DNA of 64,000 nt. Source: Trichosphaerium sp. ATCC 40318. Taxonomy: Eukaryota > Protista > Tubulinea. The stretch is taken from contig JALMLS010000514.1 in NCBI GenBank assembly GCA_038496445.1, positions 62,001-126,000 on the forward strand. The letters run 5' to 3'. The translations under genes and the position numbers were made by a program. Below the pieces are notes generated by a model, which worked only from the letters and a program-made list of their open reading frames with translations, made no database searches and was not told the origin of the DNA. Of this stretch, positions 13,126-26,273 are shown one piece after another (positions within the stretch are counted from its first letter, which is position 1; every line of letters begins with the position of its first letter).

Positions 13126-13272
13126 ATGGGTGTAAAACTTTCAAGACGAAAAAGAACAAATGGAACTACTAAGAGAAGACGTTTGGCTGCCAAACGAAGA
13201 CGTGGAGGTCGAGCTGCAGCTGGTAGACGACGGCGCGCTGCAGCTGGTAGACGACGTCGTCGAAGGCGCTAA
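13126..13272 (+). CDS. Small Arg-rich, protamine-like protein (48 aa)
   Basis: ATG 13126 to TAA 13272: MGVKLSRRKRTNGTTKRRRLAAKRRRGGRAAAGRRRRAAAGRRRRRRR. Local GC-rich island in AT-rich intergenic DNA. Confidence 0.5.
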   Translation: MGVKLSRRKRTNGTTKRRRLAAKRRRGGRAAAGRRRRAAAGRRRRRRR

Positions 13273-14411
13273 CACTAAACTAACTTTGTAACGAGAATTA
13301 AAAATGTAAAACTTATTAAAAAACCGTTCCGAGAATTCACCTTCAACCCACCTTATATTTGCTTGGTTACATTTACTGTGGTGCCTTGTACCCTAGCAAT
13401 GAGTTTTTAAGGAGCCATATTTCCAAATAGATTGTAGTTGCTCAATCGAGCTATGAATGGTCTAGTACGGTTTTAAACAGTGTCAAACCACACATTCCGA
13501 CACTGTCATTTTGATTGGTTGTTTTTCTTTGTACATAAAAACACGTGCGTAAGTTTGCTTATACCAACACATTACCTCACTCAAATCCAGAAAAGGCGTA
13601 CTAATGACCCATTAGTAACTTGTAAGGTCATAAAAAGTATTGGAGTTTTTCCCAGTTTTTTTTTGCTTTTTGTCCACAAACTGAAACAAAAATTTCGCGA
13701 ATATTTTTCCATCAAAAGCGTCAGCTATGACAGTTCTGTCACAAGTTGTACAACCTTGACTATCGGTCAAATCTCCTACTGTGTATTCTTGGTTTTCTCC
13801 ACAAACTTGCTTGTTACGGACAATAGTACAACGTCTTTCTTGCTACTGTAACTATAAACAACTATTAATTTAGATGATGGCGTGTACTATCTCTCAGCAA
13901 CCGTTGATTGAAGTAATGGACCGATCAGGAACTCTCCAATCCTTGAGTAACTGTTAATACAAACAGTTCCTTTTTGTTTATTGTTCAAACAATAAATGCA
14001 TCATGCCAGAGAACCTCCTGCACTGCTTTTGCCATCATCACCCGCCCACAATACATTTCACTATAACTGTGAAACTATGGATTGAAGTCTCCATGTATCC
14101 AAAAACTTAACAGCATCAAAAAGAAGGTATAGTACACAGTCACAGTTAATGTACAGTGCGAACATCTAAGCATTTTAAAGCAGAATTTTAAAAAATACTT
14201 GGGAATTGCCCTTACCAACCTGAAAACTATCTCGCATATTGTAATTGGTTAACTAACCAGCACCAGTTTACACCATCGCTACAATACGTGCTGCAAAAGC
14301 ATGCCAAATGTTGTAGACGAATCTAAAACCAATAGATGCTTAAATACAATAGACTTAACACTTACGCACATTAACTACCTGTTACGCAGTACTCCGCTTA
14401 TCTGTATATTA

Positions 14412-16065
14412 ATGCGACATACCTCAACTCTAAAGAATACCTCCAATCAAAGGTACACTTATAAAAACCACGAAACTATCGTAAAATCGCACTTTCTTCT
14501 TGCTTATGCTAACAATAAAATCACGTGATAATTATCTAATTATGCATTGTAGGTGTAATTTACTTAAATTACCTTTGGAGATGATAGTACTCATCATAAG
14601 CTTCTTATTCGACCCTGATCGCTATGAAATAGCAGAAACTTGTCGCTATTTGTCATACATCATTAAGCAATGTGTTGGGTTCATAGACGTTTACGTTTCT
14701 TCAATATACGCAGTGGTTCACGTTTCAACATGTAAGGGTATTCTAAACAACTCCATGATTCATTTTACAGCATCACATGATCGTCACACAATAAACTCAC
14801 ACACCATACTTGCTGGAGCGCAACACCTACATCTAACAGGCGAGGATCTTAAGATAACAAGTGGAAGTACACATATGCTGATAAACAATATAAAAGCCAC
14901 AAACTCAAGAAAGCCTTGCTACATAAACTTTACATCAACAAATATGTACGGGAACAGCATAGCCTTACTTTCTGGTATTAAAACTATCATACTTGAAAAC
15001 TGTATGGGACCATCACTTGATAAAGGACTTAAAAACCTTGGTGGTGTTCATACAATAAACTTACGATATACTCTCGTTACAGATGATACTTTAAAACATT
15101 TGTCAACAGTTCATTGTATTTATCTATCAGAAACGAATATCACAGACAAAGGTATCAAGTTCCTTAAAAATGTACACTCAATAGAGCTTGATGGTACTTC
15201 TGTTACTGATGTTGGGTTATCATACCTATCTAAGGTTCATTCAATTGTACTCGGAGGGTGTAATAACATAACAGATGATGGAGTTAAGTACCTTTCAAAT
15301 GTCCATTCAGTTGATATTGCATTTTGTGAACAAATTACAAATGACGGACTCAAGGCTCTCAGCAAAGTACATACAATTAATATAAGTGGCTGCACTAAAA
15401 TCACAGATGAAGGGATAAAACATTTATCACAAGTAAGAAATCTAGACATCCAAGATAATCCAAGTATTTTGGGATATGGTATCACTTTTCTTAAACACCT
15501 TCATACTATTGATGCTTCATACTGTGGAAATCTGGTTGAGTACAGTGGCTTTCTTGGGGCATATAAAGTCACAGCGCTATCTAACGAATTACTCACGGAT
15601 AGTGACTTAAAATACTTCAAAGATACAACAGAGCTTAATATAACTTACTCTGAAAACATCACCGACGAAGGCTTAAAGTCACTACAAAATGTCAAGATAC
15701 TGGTAATGGCCGAAAATAGTATTACAGATTTCTCAGTGCTGTCAAAAGTACATGAACTAACAATTGAAGGCCTTATTCAAGAGTCCTTATCTCTTCCAGA
15801 CTTTTCGAAAATGGAATCATTACACACTTTACATTTGAACTGTTATTCACTTAATGATGAGAGCGAAGTACACAAGTTGGAGGGAATTCACACTCTTGAT
15901 ATAAGTATCAATATTGCACCTGAAGTATTTGTTGCGTTGAAGAACATTCATACAATCAAGTGTTACATTCCTGGGCTATCTGAAGCTGACTTGAAAAAAC
16001 TTGAAAATGTTCATACTGTTATCAATTGCAACAAACGATACAGAATTAAATCTCATTATCAATAA
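14412..16065 (+). CDS. F-box + leucine-rich repeat (FBXL-like) protein
   Basis: LLKLPLEMIVLIISFL F-box followed by about 24-25-aa LRRs (ITDEGLKxLxxVHxIxLSGC); short first exon 14412-14452 with phase-2 intron, rest is one exon. Confidence 0.88.
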
Positions 16066-16134
16066 ACAATTAACCAGTTACCAGTTGCTGTGTTCAAGTC
16101 TCATTACAAAAATACTAGATTTGATGGTACAGCA

Positions 16135-16892
16135 TTACAGCTTAGTATACTGGTTCTTGCTGTATACTAAACTATCAGGAGCGTATTTCCATGGGTTACC
16201 ATCTGTATACAAACGAGTAAGTACACGATCTTTTGAAACAGCAAAAAAGCATTTTTTCCCTTTCAAATCTCCTTTAGTTGTATCGGGATATCCATCCTCA
16301 AAGTCACCATATTCCCCTGTTGTTATTGTACATGTCAAAACAACATTTTTCTTTCCATTGTCAAACCAGGCAAGAGACTCTTGTCCTGTTGTTTTTGGAG
16401 TTAAGCTAAACGAGAACTCGCCGCTACAGATCACCCAGTCGCCTTCAGTACCACCGTAATCATCAGTAAACCCATTGCGATACCTGTTTAGAACATTAAG
16501 ACAAGAATAGAAGTGATGTAAGAGCGACAGAGAAAATATTAAGATAATGACACGTGCCTAAAAAAGAACGTCCTGTCTTTCTTTAACACCAACTTTGTCG
16601 TTGTAATATAACCTCTGAATGCATTCTTACGTGAATTTATACTCTTTACGACCCTGTCACCATAGTTTCCGCTGTATTTAAAGCAAAAAATAAACGATTG
16701 TTTGTATGACAACCCAGGAAAAGGCTCTTTACCCTCTAGACGAGATTTCCATGTAGTATTGGAGTTGGCAATAATATTCATTGTTTTTGATGTATAGAAT
16801 AACGCCATTTGCTCTTTGAATGATGTAAAACCAATTATATTCTGTAAAGCAAGTAATGGCAGCGAATCCAACGAAACACTTGATTGTTCCAT
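16135..16892 (-). CDS. F-box domain protein
   Basis: LDSLPLLALQNIIGF..W F-box; one GC-AG intron (16557-16484) joins to ORF 16135..16434. Confidence 0.75.
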
Positions 16893-17570
16893 ACGTGTCA
16901 AGTTTATATTAGGTTAGAGAGTGTAATTATAATAAATATTTGGTGTATGTGTAATTAGGTCACATTCGGCCTTGAACCGATGTTGACTTTGTGTATGTAA
17001 AGATCTTTACATACTTATAACCGTTGCACCTTTTCTACTATTATATGTGTTATGCTGTTGAAGTCGTTGATATGTTGCTAGTTCAGAAAACAAGTTTTTT
17101 TTGGAAAGGCAAGAACAACTCACCTACCAACCAAGATGTACTTTTTAGTTCACATAATTTATTAGTGTTGCTACTGCTCTAAATCGTTGTTTCTATTCAA
17201 CCGTTTGCTAATGGCCAAGCACTCCCTTTTGTAACCTTCGATAGAAAAGCATGCTTGTATTATGTACGTTCTATCTAATACAAATGAATGGTACGAATAC
17301 ATATACCATGTGATTTGAGTTACAAGAACTATAATTAGATGGACAAACTGGCTTGAAAGTTAAAACAAAGCAAAGACGTTTTCAATAATGTAACCTATCT
17401 TTCTTACAACTAACACCTACAGAGTTTGGGTTTTTAACTTGCCACTCATATATGAAATATCAATCCATCCCTGACAAGTGCTTTAACAACTGTCTTTGAA
17501 ACGTTTTCACATCCGTTAAGTTAAGAATACAAACACTTTTAAAGCAACAAGCCAGGTCTTGTAGAAGCAT

Positions 17571-18969
17571 CTAAAACTCAGGCCAAAAGCCTTCTTCATC
17601 AAACACATCTTCTGCTACTAGATAGTCAACCATCTTCTGTGTAATTTGGGTACACCGATGATTAATACGATATAGGCTTGTTAGACTAACAACACCACTA
17701 TCTGTGATTTGTGAACAGCCTCGTAAGGATAGCTTCTTAACACCAACAAGACGATTTACACCTTTATCAGTGATGTACTTACAATCATCAAGGATTATGA
17801 TTTTAACGCCTATCAAGTAACCAAGGCCTTTATCTGTTATTTTTGTATCCGTGAGAATAATAGTTTGGACACCTGCAAGTGGTGCTAAAGTACTATCGTC
17901 AACACAATCAAGCTTTGAAATGTCAATCACTTTTACTCCTGATAACTTTTGTATTCCATTACTTGTTATAGACTTACAACGATACAAATCAATATGCTGT
18001 ACACCTACTAAACAAGAGAGTGTATCATCATGTAGTTGAGTGCAATTAACAAGCTCTACACACGGTACTCCAGCCAATAGCTTCAATGTGTTGTTTGATA
18101 TTTGTACACAATAGTTTAGTACTATTTTGTTTATAGTAAGTGTTTTTTGATTGTGTGTTAATAAGTACTTAATGCCCTCATCTGATATATTCTTACAATC
18201 AATCAAAGATATAGAGTGTACCTTTGTTAATGCCTTGATACTTTCATCAGTAATTTTACATCCGTTTAACTGTATCTTGTGTATGTAACCTGAAATTGCA
18301 ATAACACCTTTGTCTGTAATACTGTAGCAACGTGATATGTCAATACTGTGAACTCCAGATAGCGCTGCAAGACCTTTATCAGATATATTTGTCCCGGCAA
18401 TATCAACTGTATGGATGTCACAAAGCCCTTGAATCCATTCATCGTTAAAATGCCCATAAGACAAGTCTATTGTATGAACACCCGACAATGATTTAAATCC
18501 ACCACATGTTAGCTTTGAATCAATTGCGATCTTTACCTCCAGATAGTGTACGCCTGTAATATGTTCTAACATAGTATGTGTTACTTCCACTACGTCTTCT
18601 ATCTCTAGGTGGTGTACACCAGAGATATTCTTGATGTCATCTGTAGTTACTGTATACGTATGGTTGTCAACAATTATGTTTGTATTTTTCAGTAGAGGAC
18701 TTTTAGAAAGTCTTGCGAAGTCTTCCTTTGATGTCACAGTAACCTCGTAATATCCCAAATGATTTATAATTATTGTAGAAAAGAATTTACATACAAACGT
18801 TGAAGAAATACGATCATGTTTACCCAAGACAGATAAAATACAAAATAATATTTCTGTAGGTAAACAAACCAACTCGATTGGCCTGCAAAATACGATCAGT
18901 ACAATAAAAGGCAATAAAAATAATTTAAGGTCACGTGTACTTTGTTATATTTGTTAAAGTATGTAGCAT
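17571..18969 (-). CDS. F-box + leucine-rich repeat (FBXL-like) protein, paralogue of 14412..16065
   Basis: LVCLPTEILFCILSVL F-box and LRRs (ISDKGLAALSGVHSIDISRC); same short first exon and phase-2 GTACAC intron as the + strand copy. Confidence 0.88.
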
Positions 18970-19157
18970 TTTTACAAGTTATTTACGCCACGATAGACTA
19001 TAGTAGCACAAGCGCTGGTTATCAATAAATGACCTTTCACTTTTTTGTGAAAATTCTCGAGCGGGTTCTGACAAAAATTATGTTTGACCACGTTTGAAAG
19101 GGGTTGCATATTTATTCTATTGACGTTAGCCTTTAAACACACGTTTTCGCATATAGA

Positions 19158-20956
19158 ATGCTCAGGTTATTACCTCTTTTTGCTATGGTTTTAGCTGTTA
19201 GTGCGTATGGTATCGACAGTGATCGCGCTACACCAGAAGCTGAAGTTTGGACGTTAACGAAATTAACAAATGTAAGTTGGCCTAGTTTTTAATCTAACAC
19301 GTGTTTGGTAGGCTCCTACAGAATTTGGAGCGATGTGCCTCGACGGTTCTCCACCAGCATACTATACTGTACCAGGATCTGGCTCTGGGGCATCAAAGTG
19401 GTACGGTGTTGTAGTTTTAGACGGAATAAAAAAAATTTTGTTCCGTTTAGAAAGTTCTTACGTATATTCAGGATGATTTTCCATCAAGGAGGCGGATGGT
19501 GTGGTTCGGATACGAACTGCTATGATAGAGCACAAAGTACGTCTCAACTTTATTTCTAGTAATCACGTGAAAAACTTAATAACTAAAATTAAAATAAAGA
19601 TCGCTTGGGTTCGTCCAAAAGCTACACACCAACAGAAAGCTGGGATACTGGGTATTATAGCAGTGATCCGGAACAAAATCCTCTCATGTACAATTGGAAC
19701 AAAGTGTAAGCTTTTACAATGTGTTGTGGTTTTAGATGACACTCATTTCAATTATAGATATCTTATGTATTGCGACGGAGGTTCGTTTGGATCGTACATT
19801 GAAGAGCCGAAGGTGATAAACAACACCAAGATGTATGATGCTTTACCTCTATTGTTATCTCATAATTGTTTAGCTGGTATCGAGGTATTCGTAATTTGGA
19901 AGCAATACGGAGTTCGCTTATGGAGAAGGGACTCAAGAACGCAACTGATGTAGTCATAGCAGGTTGTTCAGCAGGTACTAACTGAAACCCTATTGACACT
20001 ATTAAAACGTTCGTCAAAGGTGGTGTTGCCGCTTATTTGCACGTGGACTGGTGGGCGGACAGTTTTACAAGTGCCACTAAAGTAAGAGGTACGGTATCTA
20101 GTACATACGAACCAAACTAAGTGGCACTCAGGTATGCCTGATAGCGGATTTTTCTTGCAAGTGCAAGGAAAGCGTGGGTTTATTAGTTTCCAAAAATGGG
20201 TTTTTGAGAATATGAACATTGCAGGAGGCACGTGCGGACGTACAAACCAACTTGGTACTTAACATTGTTTCAGTTAGTAGTAAAGAATGTTTGGCAGCAC
20301 ATGTTGGTGAAGAGTACTATTGCATGTTTTCTCAGGTATGAAACTTTTTCGAGCAACTAGTTGTTCGTTCTACTTTTGCTTGTTAGATTTTTATCCTCTA
20401 CGACTACTATACAAATAATCTATTCATTAAATCTTCATAGAACATTGCGCCATTCATTAAAACTCCTATATTTGCTCTACAGTCTCAGTACGACCACTAC
20501 CAAATTGGACCTGGAATATTGAAAACAACAAATGTTACTTTGATTAACGAATACGGTGCTATGCTAAAATCTATCATTGATAAGGCATTTGTGAATAAAG
20601 AGAGCGCAATGTTTCTGGTACAAAACTTAAAAAAGCAAAAAAAAATTGTCACGTGTTTCAAATGAATGAGCAGTGATTATTCGAAATGTCATAAAAAACC
20701 ATTTTTAATATTTGTTCTAGGACTCCTGTGTACATCATTGCGGAAACGAATTTGATGTTATAACTATAGATGGACTAACACAAGGTCAAGCTTTTAAAGC
20801 GTTCTATGAAGGCAGCAAGTAAGACCAATGACGGAAATTTCTAACATAGTTTTTTTTCACGCGTGTGAAAAAATGACTTACATTTTATGTAGTAAGCGCT
20901 ACTATGCGGATAAGGTGTACCCTTGTACCGAGTGCTGTAACAAGCCTAATAATTAG
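19158..20956 (+). CDS. Pectin acetylesterase/Notum-family secreted hydrolase
   Basis: Signal peptide; AMCLDGSPPAYY, GGGWC, NPLMYNWNK, YCDGGSF, GCSAGG nucleophile motif, DSGFF, QSQYD, DSCVHHC; TAG 20954-20956. Confidence 0.92.
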
Positions 20957-21100
20957 ATCTCATAGCTACCTAGCATAGAAATGAAAAAGATTTTATAAAT
21001 TATCAATTGATTTGTTTAAGTTGCATGGTTTTGTTATTACTCAATTATAACCCGCTGAAGGCAAAAATTATACTGCTCAAAAGAAATTCATTGTCTTTTT

Positions 21101-21285
21101 TTAATCAACACACGTGACTACTGCATGTATGAACGCAAGAAGTACAGTTGTAAGTGTTTCCAGTGTAGATGCGCTTGACATTACAGGTACAAAGGTATCT
21201 GAACAAGGTGCAACTGGCGGTGTAGTGGTAGGTTCCGTTGGTACAGTTGAAGGAGGCACTGGTACATCGGAAGCTGGCAGATGAA
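21101..21285 (-). other. Orphan exon encoding Pro/Thr-rich stalk plus GPI-signal-like tail
   Basis: After acceptor GGTTAG: HLPASDVPVPPSTVPTEPTTTPPVAPCSDTFVPVMSSASTLETLTTVLLAFIHAVVTCVD*; no start codon at its 5' end. Confidence 0.4.
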
Positions 21286-21367
21286 CTAACCATTTATGTA
21301 ATTTTTGTTCTGATTAAATTGATACACTTTATTTTTAGATGGGCGCGAGGAGATGTGAGTAGTGTTA

Positions 21368-24353
21368 TTAGCATTGATGATTGTCAACGATTGTTATGAT
21401 AGTTCTGAGAGGGAAACCAGAATCACCCAATCCATTTGATTGGCTGAAAGGTGTTGAAACAATAGTCAGCTCAACTTGATTATTTTGAGAGTCGCAGATA
21501 GGATTTGCATTCAATGGCAATGATACACTTGCAGGTACATTCACGTTACTATCAGAAGAAAAACATCAACAGACAATGAAAACAAAAGTTGAAGCGTACA
21601 CTGATAGTGGTGATCCAACACCGCTTATATCAAACGTGACTGATCCAACTGGACCCACTACAGATGCTTCTAGGGTCAGGCTTGTTGATTGAACATCAGT
21701 CACATTGATAATATTTCCGCTGAACAAAGCCTCTTTCAACACATTTGTTCCATCCAATATTCGAATACTTGGTACTGTTGCGCATGAAGCGTCTCCAGAA
21801 AGTGGAGCTGCAAAAGCGTCCTCTGGTACAGAGCCATCTGTAACCCCTTTGACAAGTTTGGTGACAGTAAATTGACGGACTTCTTCAAGTTCCTCTAAAA
21901 CAAAATTAGAGATTTTCATAACAAAAAATACAAGTGTAGTACGTTGTGTAAGACCAGGCTCATTGACGCCTGGCATGTTACCAAGAGAAGGTAGATTCTC
22001 ATACCAGAACCTATCACCATCTCTAAGACGTCTGAATTGATCAATAAGCACTCTTGATGTTGTGCGACCCAAGTTTGAACCAGGTTCTTTCTTTTCAGCC
22101 ATAAAACCGAACCAAGGATCCAAAGCAGTCATCTTTTGGTATATCTTGAATAGTTTTAGAGGGTACCATTAGGTTCATTACTCAATGTGACGTACATCTT
22201 TGGTGTTAGGAGCCAAGTTTGGAACATCAGGAAATTGCTCAAGCCATGATTCGAAACAAGCCAAATCATCAACTGCAGATAATGGATTTGAATCACAGTT
22301 GTCATACAAACTCTTTGTTCCAGGTGCCAATGGATTCCAGTTCTTGTATACTGTCTCAAAGTCAGGTATACCATTATCACGTGCACGAGCCATATTCAAG
22401 GATACAATATCTAAAAATAGCGAACTTTAGTGGATGGTTACTCACGAAGGAGAAAAAGAAATTGTTGTACCAACACCAACAGTGAAGTCCGTTGGAATAT
22501 TAAAGTTTCTCAAAATATCTGATACCATGTGATCTATTTGCTCTATTGGAGTATACATGAGGGCACGTACAATACTATCAAAACTTCCAGCTGCACAAAC
22601 CTTTGAAAACAACAGTGAGTAAAACGAGAAAATATAAAGAAAAAATAGTACCATTCTCAACGGGAAAACAGGTCCTCCGTTTGATGTTCCTTGGATCAGA
22701 ACACCTCCCCAACCGAGAGTACTATCGAGGTTACCACACTTGTCGTAAGTAGGTGTCAAATCAAGGACAGTAGAATGTCCGTAACGTCCTGAAGCTGCAC
22801 TAAAGAGAGTTGCGATACGTGGATCAACAGAAGGTTTGTATCCACTCCATTTTCTTTGAAACAGGTTAGTTTTGGCGCTCAAATGTCAGTAATGTCGTAC
22901 CCAAGGTATCTTGCCATTTGATAGTCTCCAACAAGTTTAGGCAACCACTCGTTGTAAACAATATGTTGATACTGAGCAATGTTTATTGCTCTTGCTTTTT
23001 GGAACAACTGTTCATCAGTCCAAGAAGGATGCTGTAAAACATCGTTAGATAAATACCAAGTGTTTTAAAGCTGGTAAACTAACCTTCACTTGTTGTTCTT
23101 TTGCGATTCTGTTGTGTTCAAGGTACATGACATGATGTACTGAGTTTACACCTTGTACCGAAGAACTTCTTTCATCACCGCTAGCAAAAACTGTATCTAG
23201 AGGGTCATCGTCATGCGTTCCTGCATCATTCGGAGTCTCTGAATAAAAAGTAAATACATACTCTAAAAGGTTGAGAACGTGCGTGTAGTTTGGATGTTTG
23301 GAAGAGTGTCAAATATCTTCCTTCTCTCTGGATTTTCAGTACCAGTTCTCGGATTATCAGGATTATAAGAAGATGTCCACTCGTGATCTTCAATAATCAA
23401 CTCTCCTCCACTATCTGAACAGTATTAGAAGGATACAAAGGCAAAGATAGAACAGTTGTAACAACAAAATGCATCACATGCACTTGGCGAACAGAATAGT
23501 GCGTACTTGTTCTGAAGGCATCCATGTAAGTTTTGTTGTGCCAGTAAACAGTCGAAAGGTCAAGGAAATGTGTCTGTTGGTTTATTGGTTCTTTAACGTC
23601 ATTCACAAATGTTACGAATGATTTACCAATACCAACAGGTGTTTTATTCCTTATATTGGTCTTTCTTCTGAATGGAGGGAAAGCTAAAACACAAAAAACC
23701 AAATAAATAATTTGTTGAGATACGCTTGAGAGAAAAACTAGGCGCACGGAGACAAAAATAATAAAACGTTAACGAAATAATTCAATAATACGCACGAAGG
23801 AAAAGAAAAGGATCGTCGTCACGCAAAATTAACGTATCCAATGTATCATTACGAGAAGGGTCAGAAATTACATCAAATGACCTAGTCTAAAGAAAGAGTT
23901 AGTTTGAAAACCATCACGTGATTTCCCAAAATAAAACGTGGACAAAACCAAAAAAACCGTCGAAAATTAATCAAAATATTAACGTACGAGACTTAAATCG
24001 TGCATAATGAACTGCCCAAAGAACGTGTGAAAAAGGGACAATCTTTTTATTGTCTTTTGTGCTCTAGGGTTTTGTGGCTTCCCTAGAAGCGCTAGGGTTA
24101 CATCTCTTACTCTAGGACGTCCTTCAAGTATCGCTGTCTCGAAAGGAGGTGATGTATCGTTGTAAGCTGCTCCTTCACGCGTACGATAGAATATAGTTTT
24201 CGGCAGGCCGATTTCTGGGTTCGTGAGGCTATTACAGAAGCCATCTAACGATCTTACTGTTAGGTCTGCTCCTGTACACGTAGATGAAACGCATGAAGCG
24301 AATAGTGCTACGATTGCTAGTATCAATACACTAGGAGACGTGTTGTTACGCAT
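21368..24353 (-). CDS. Secreted animal-type heme peroxidase, copy 2 (inverted paralogue of 9462..12562)
   Basis: Same motifs and intron positions as copy 1; long stretches near-identical at nucleotide level. Confidence 0.93.
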
Positions 24354-26273
24354 TATGATGTTTGTGGAATGCGTTCCCAAAACTACGCAACAAGTTTTCT
24401 AGGTTTGTTCGCCACAATCAATCCCTTTGCCTACACAACGTGTTCAGACCATTGTTAGTATTTTAGACCATCACTTAAAAGTAGGTACACAAACTAGATT
24501 GCAGCCTGTCTGATTTTCTGGAAATAGTTTACAACATGATAAAACAACTAAATTATCCACATGACATATTTTACAACTTGAGGGTTTTACGTACTTGCGT
24601 GTGTACAAATGACTCACATATAAAGAGATAGTAGCAAGCTCGTTTACAACACGTGTTTAACGTTCGCCAGAGCTAAATGAAAACGCAGTTGAAACAAACG
24701 CATGTCACCGCATTGAATTAACTCTTCTTGTTTGCCATTGACATAAGTACACTGAGCCTCGTCACTGAAAATTGAGAGGCATAAAACTCTTGTGATAATT
24801 TGATTCCATTTGTACATCTTTTTCTATTGTGATGTGCAATCTAGACAGCAAGAAGCGGCAATTGTTTGTAGAAAATTAAGCGATGCTCAAAAGAGCGACT
24901 TTGTTCGGGGTTCTCTCAACAAGCGTAAGGAAAGTAGCGCAAATTGATCTGCGTTAGAGTTCTAACATCTCAGTTGACTTTCTTCTATCAACTAGCCAAG
25001 GAACACTAACTAAGACGATGTTGGGAGGAAGACAAAATGTCTTGTGGCTCTAGCGCAGCGCCAAGCATTTGTTATATTATACAAGAACACTTGGAAAATA
25101 AAAAAGAAAGGTTTTACAGTTTTTAAAACAAATTGAAAAGGAAATTTTTGGGTGGATTGTGGGTGATTGCTGCTCACCATGTTGTTTAAGCTTTGTCGGT
25201 TGTAGATGTTGATTTATACGAAGTCAACTCAAGTTTACCCAAACGTCTGTAACGGAGTAAAACACGTGTACAGCCAAAAAGGGTGTTGTGACCCAGGTTC
25301 TAAAACCACAGGATACAAAAGGGGTACGGACAGAAATACAAGCAAATTAGTGTAAACTTTCCTTTTTGGTCTTTTTAGCATAACTTGTTCTCTAAATAAC
25401 CCAAGCACAAAAAGATCCTCACCTTGAACGCAATGACTCTCGTTCTTATTTCTTTGCGCTTAATAGTAGCTATTTCAAATGTTAGTGTCAGTATGTGCGC
25501 TAACCCTGGCGACCTACCCAAGAAATTCAACAAAATGGTTTCAACTTCCTTCTGTGACTAGAATATTACCTTCTTGATGTTCTCGATGTTTTACAGAGTA
25601 CTCTTAAAGAAGGCGGTTCAAACTATCACCGCAAAGCGCATAGAACATACAAGAAATGTACCCGTTGTCTTAAGGTCAACAAAGCTTTTAAAAAAGCAGT
25701 GGTTTCAAGCAGCTTAGAACAGTTTTGTTCCATTAGTTTCGAGCTTAAAGATCTTCGCGGTGACACACTTTGCCTTTGAAGAGAAGTTTTATTTGGTGAC
25801 GTGAAGACAACGAAGTAATATTTGAATTACAAGAAGATTTTGTTGTCGAGTTTCTGACTAATTTTTCAAACGGAGATAACAAAAAACGTGAAGAATTTGC
25901 ATCTTCTTGCAAAGTACTTGAGGTTGTTAAAGTAAACCAATACAATAGAACAATCAACCGGTATCACAAGCACATATAAACTCTTATTCTTTTTGTCGTA
26001 TTGTTGTTGGCTGAAAAGCCCGATGTGTGAGAACGAAAAAGAAGCCATTAATTTCATCACTACGTTCCTTTGCTGCTAAGCTGAGCTAAGTCATTAATTT
26101 CATACCACTAACTGTTAAAGTAGTACTATACAGCTAACATGATTCGGGAATACAGAACGGACGTTCGGAATTAGGTATGTTCTGTGAAAAACACTGAAAT
26201 TTAACCAACTTTCAAAAAGTATGATTTATCAATATATTCAAAAACAGTTCAATTTTCATAGTGTGTCACTGGC

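Noticed and set aside
13340-14100. Exon-like fragments on the minus strand (e.g. QERRCTIVRNKQVCGENQEYTVGDLTDSQGCTTCD)
   Set aside because: They could not be joined without stops and no family was recognised; possibly a pseudogene, but not supportable.
14412-18969. Integrated giant-virus segment
   Set aside because: No viral hallmark genes; these F-box genes carry spliceosomal introns and sit among ordinary host genes.
21105-21293. Cys-rich 62-aa ORF from the track
   Set aside because: Probably a shadow frame of the Pro/Thr-rich exon; no signal peptide or regular Cys pattern.
25430-26080. Coding-like fragments on the plus strand
   Set aside because: Multiple stops and frame breaks, no recognisable homology.
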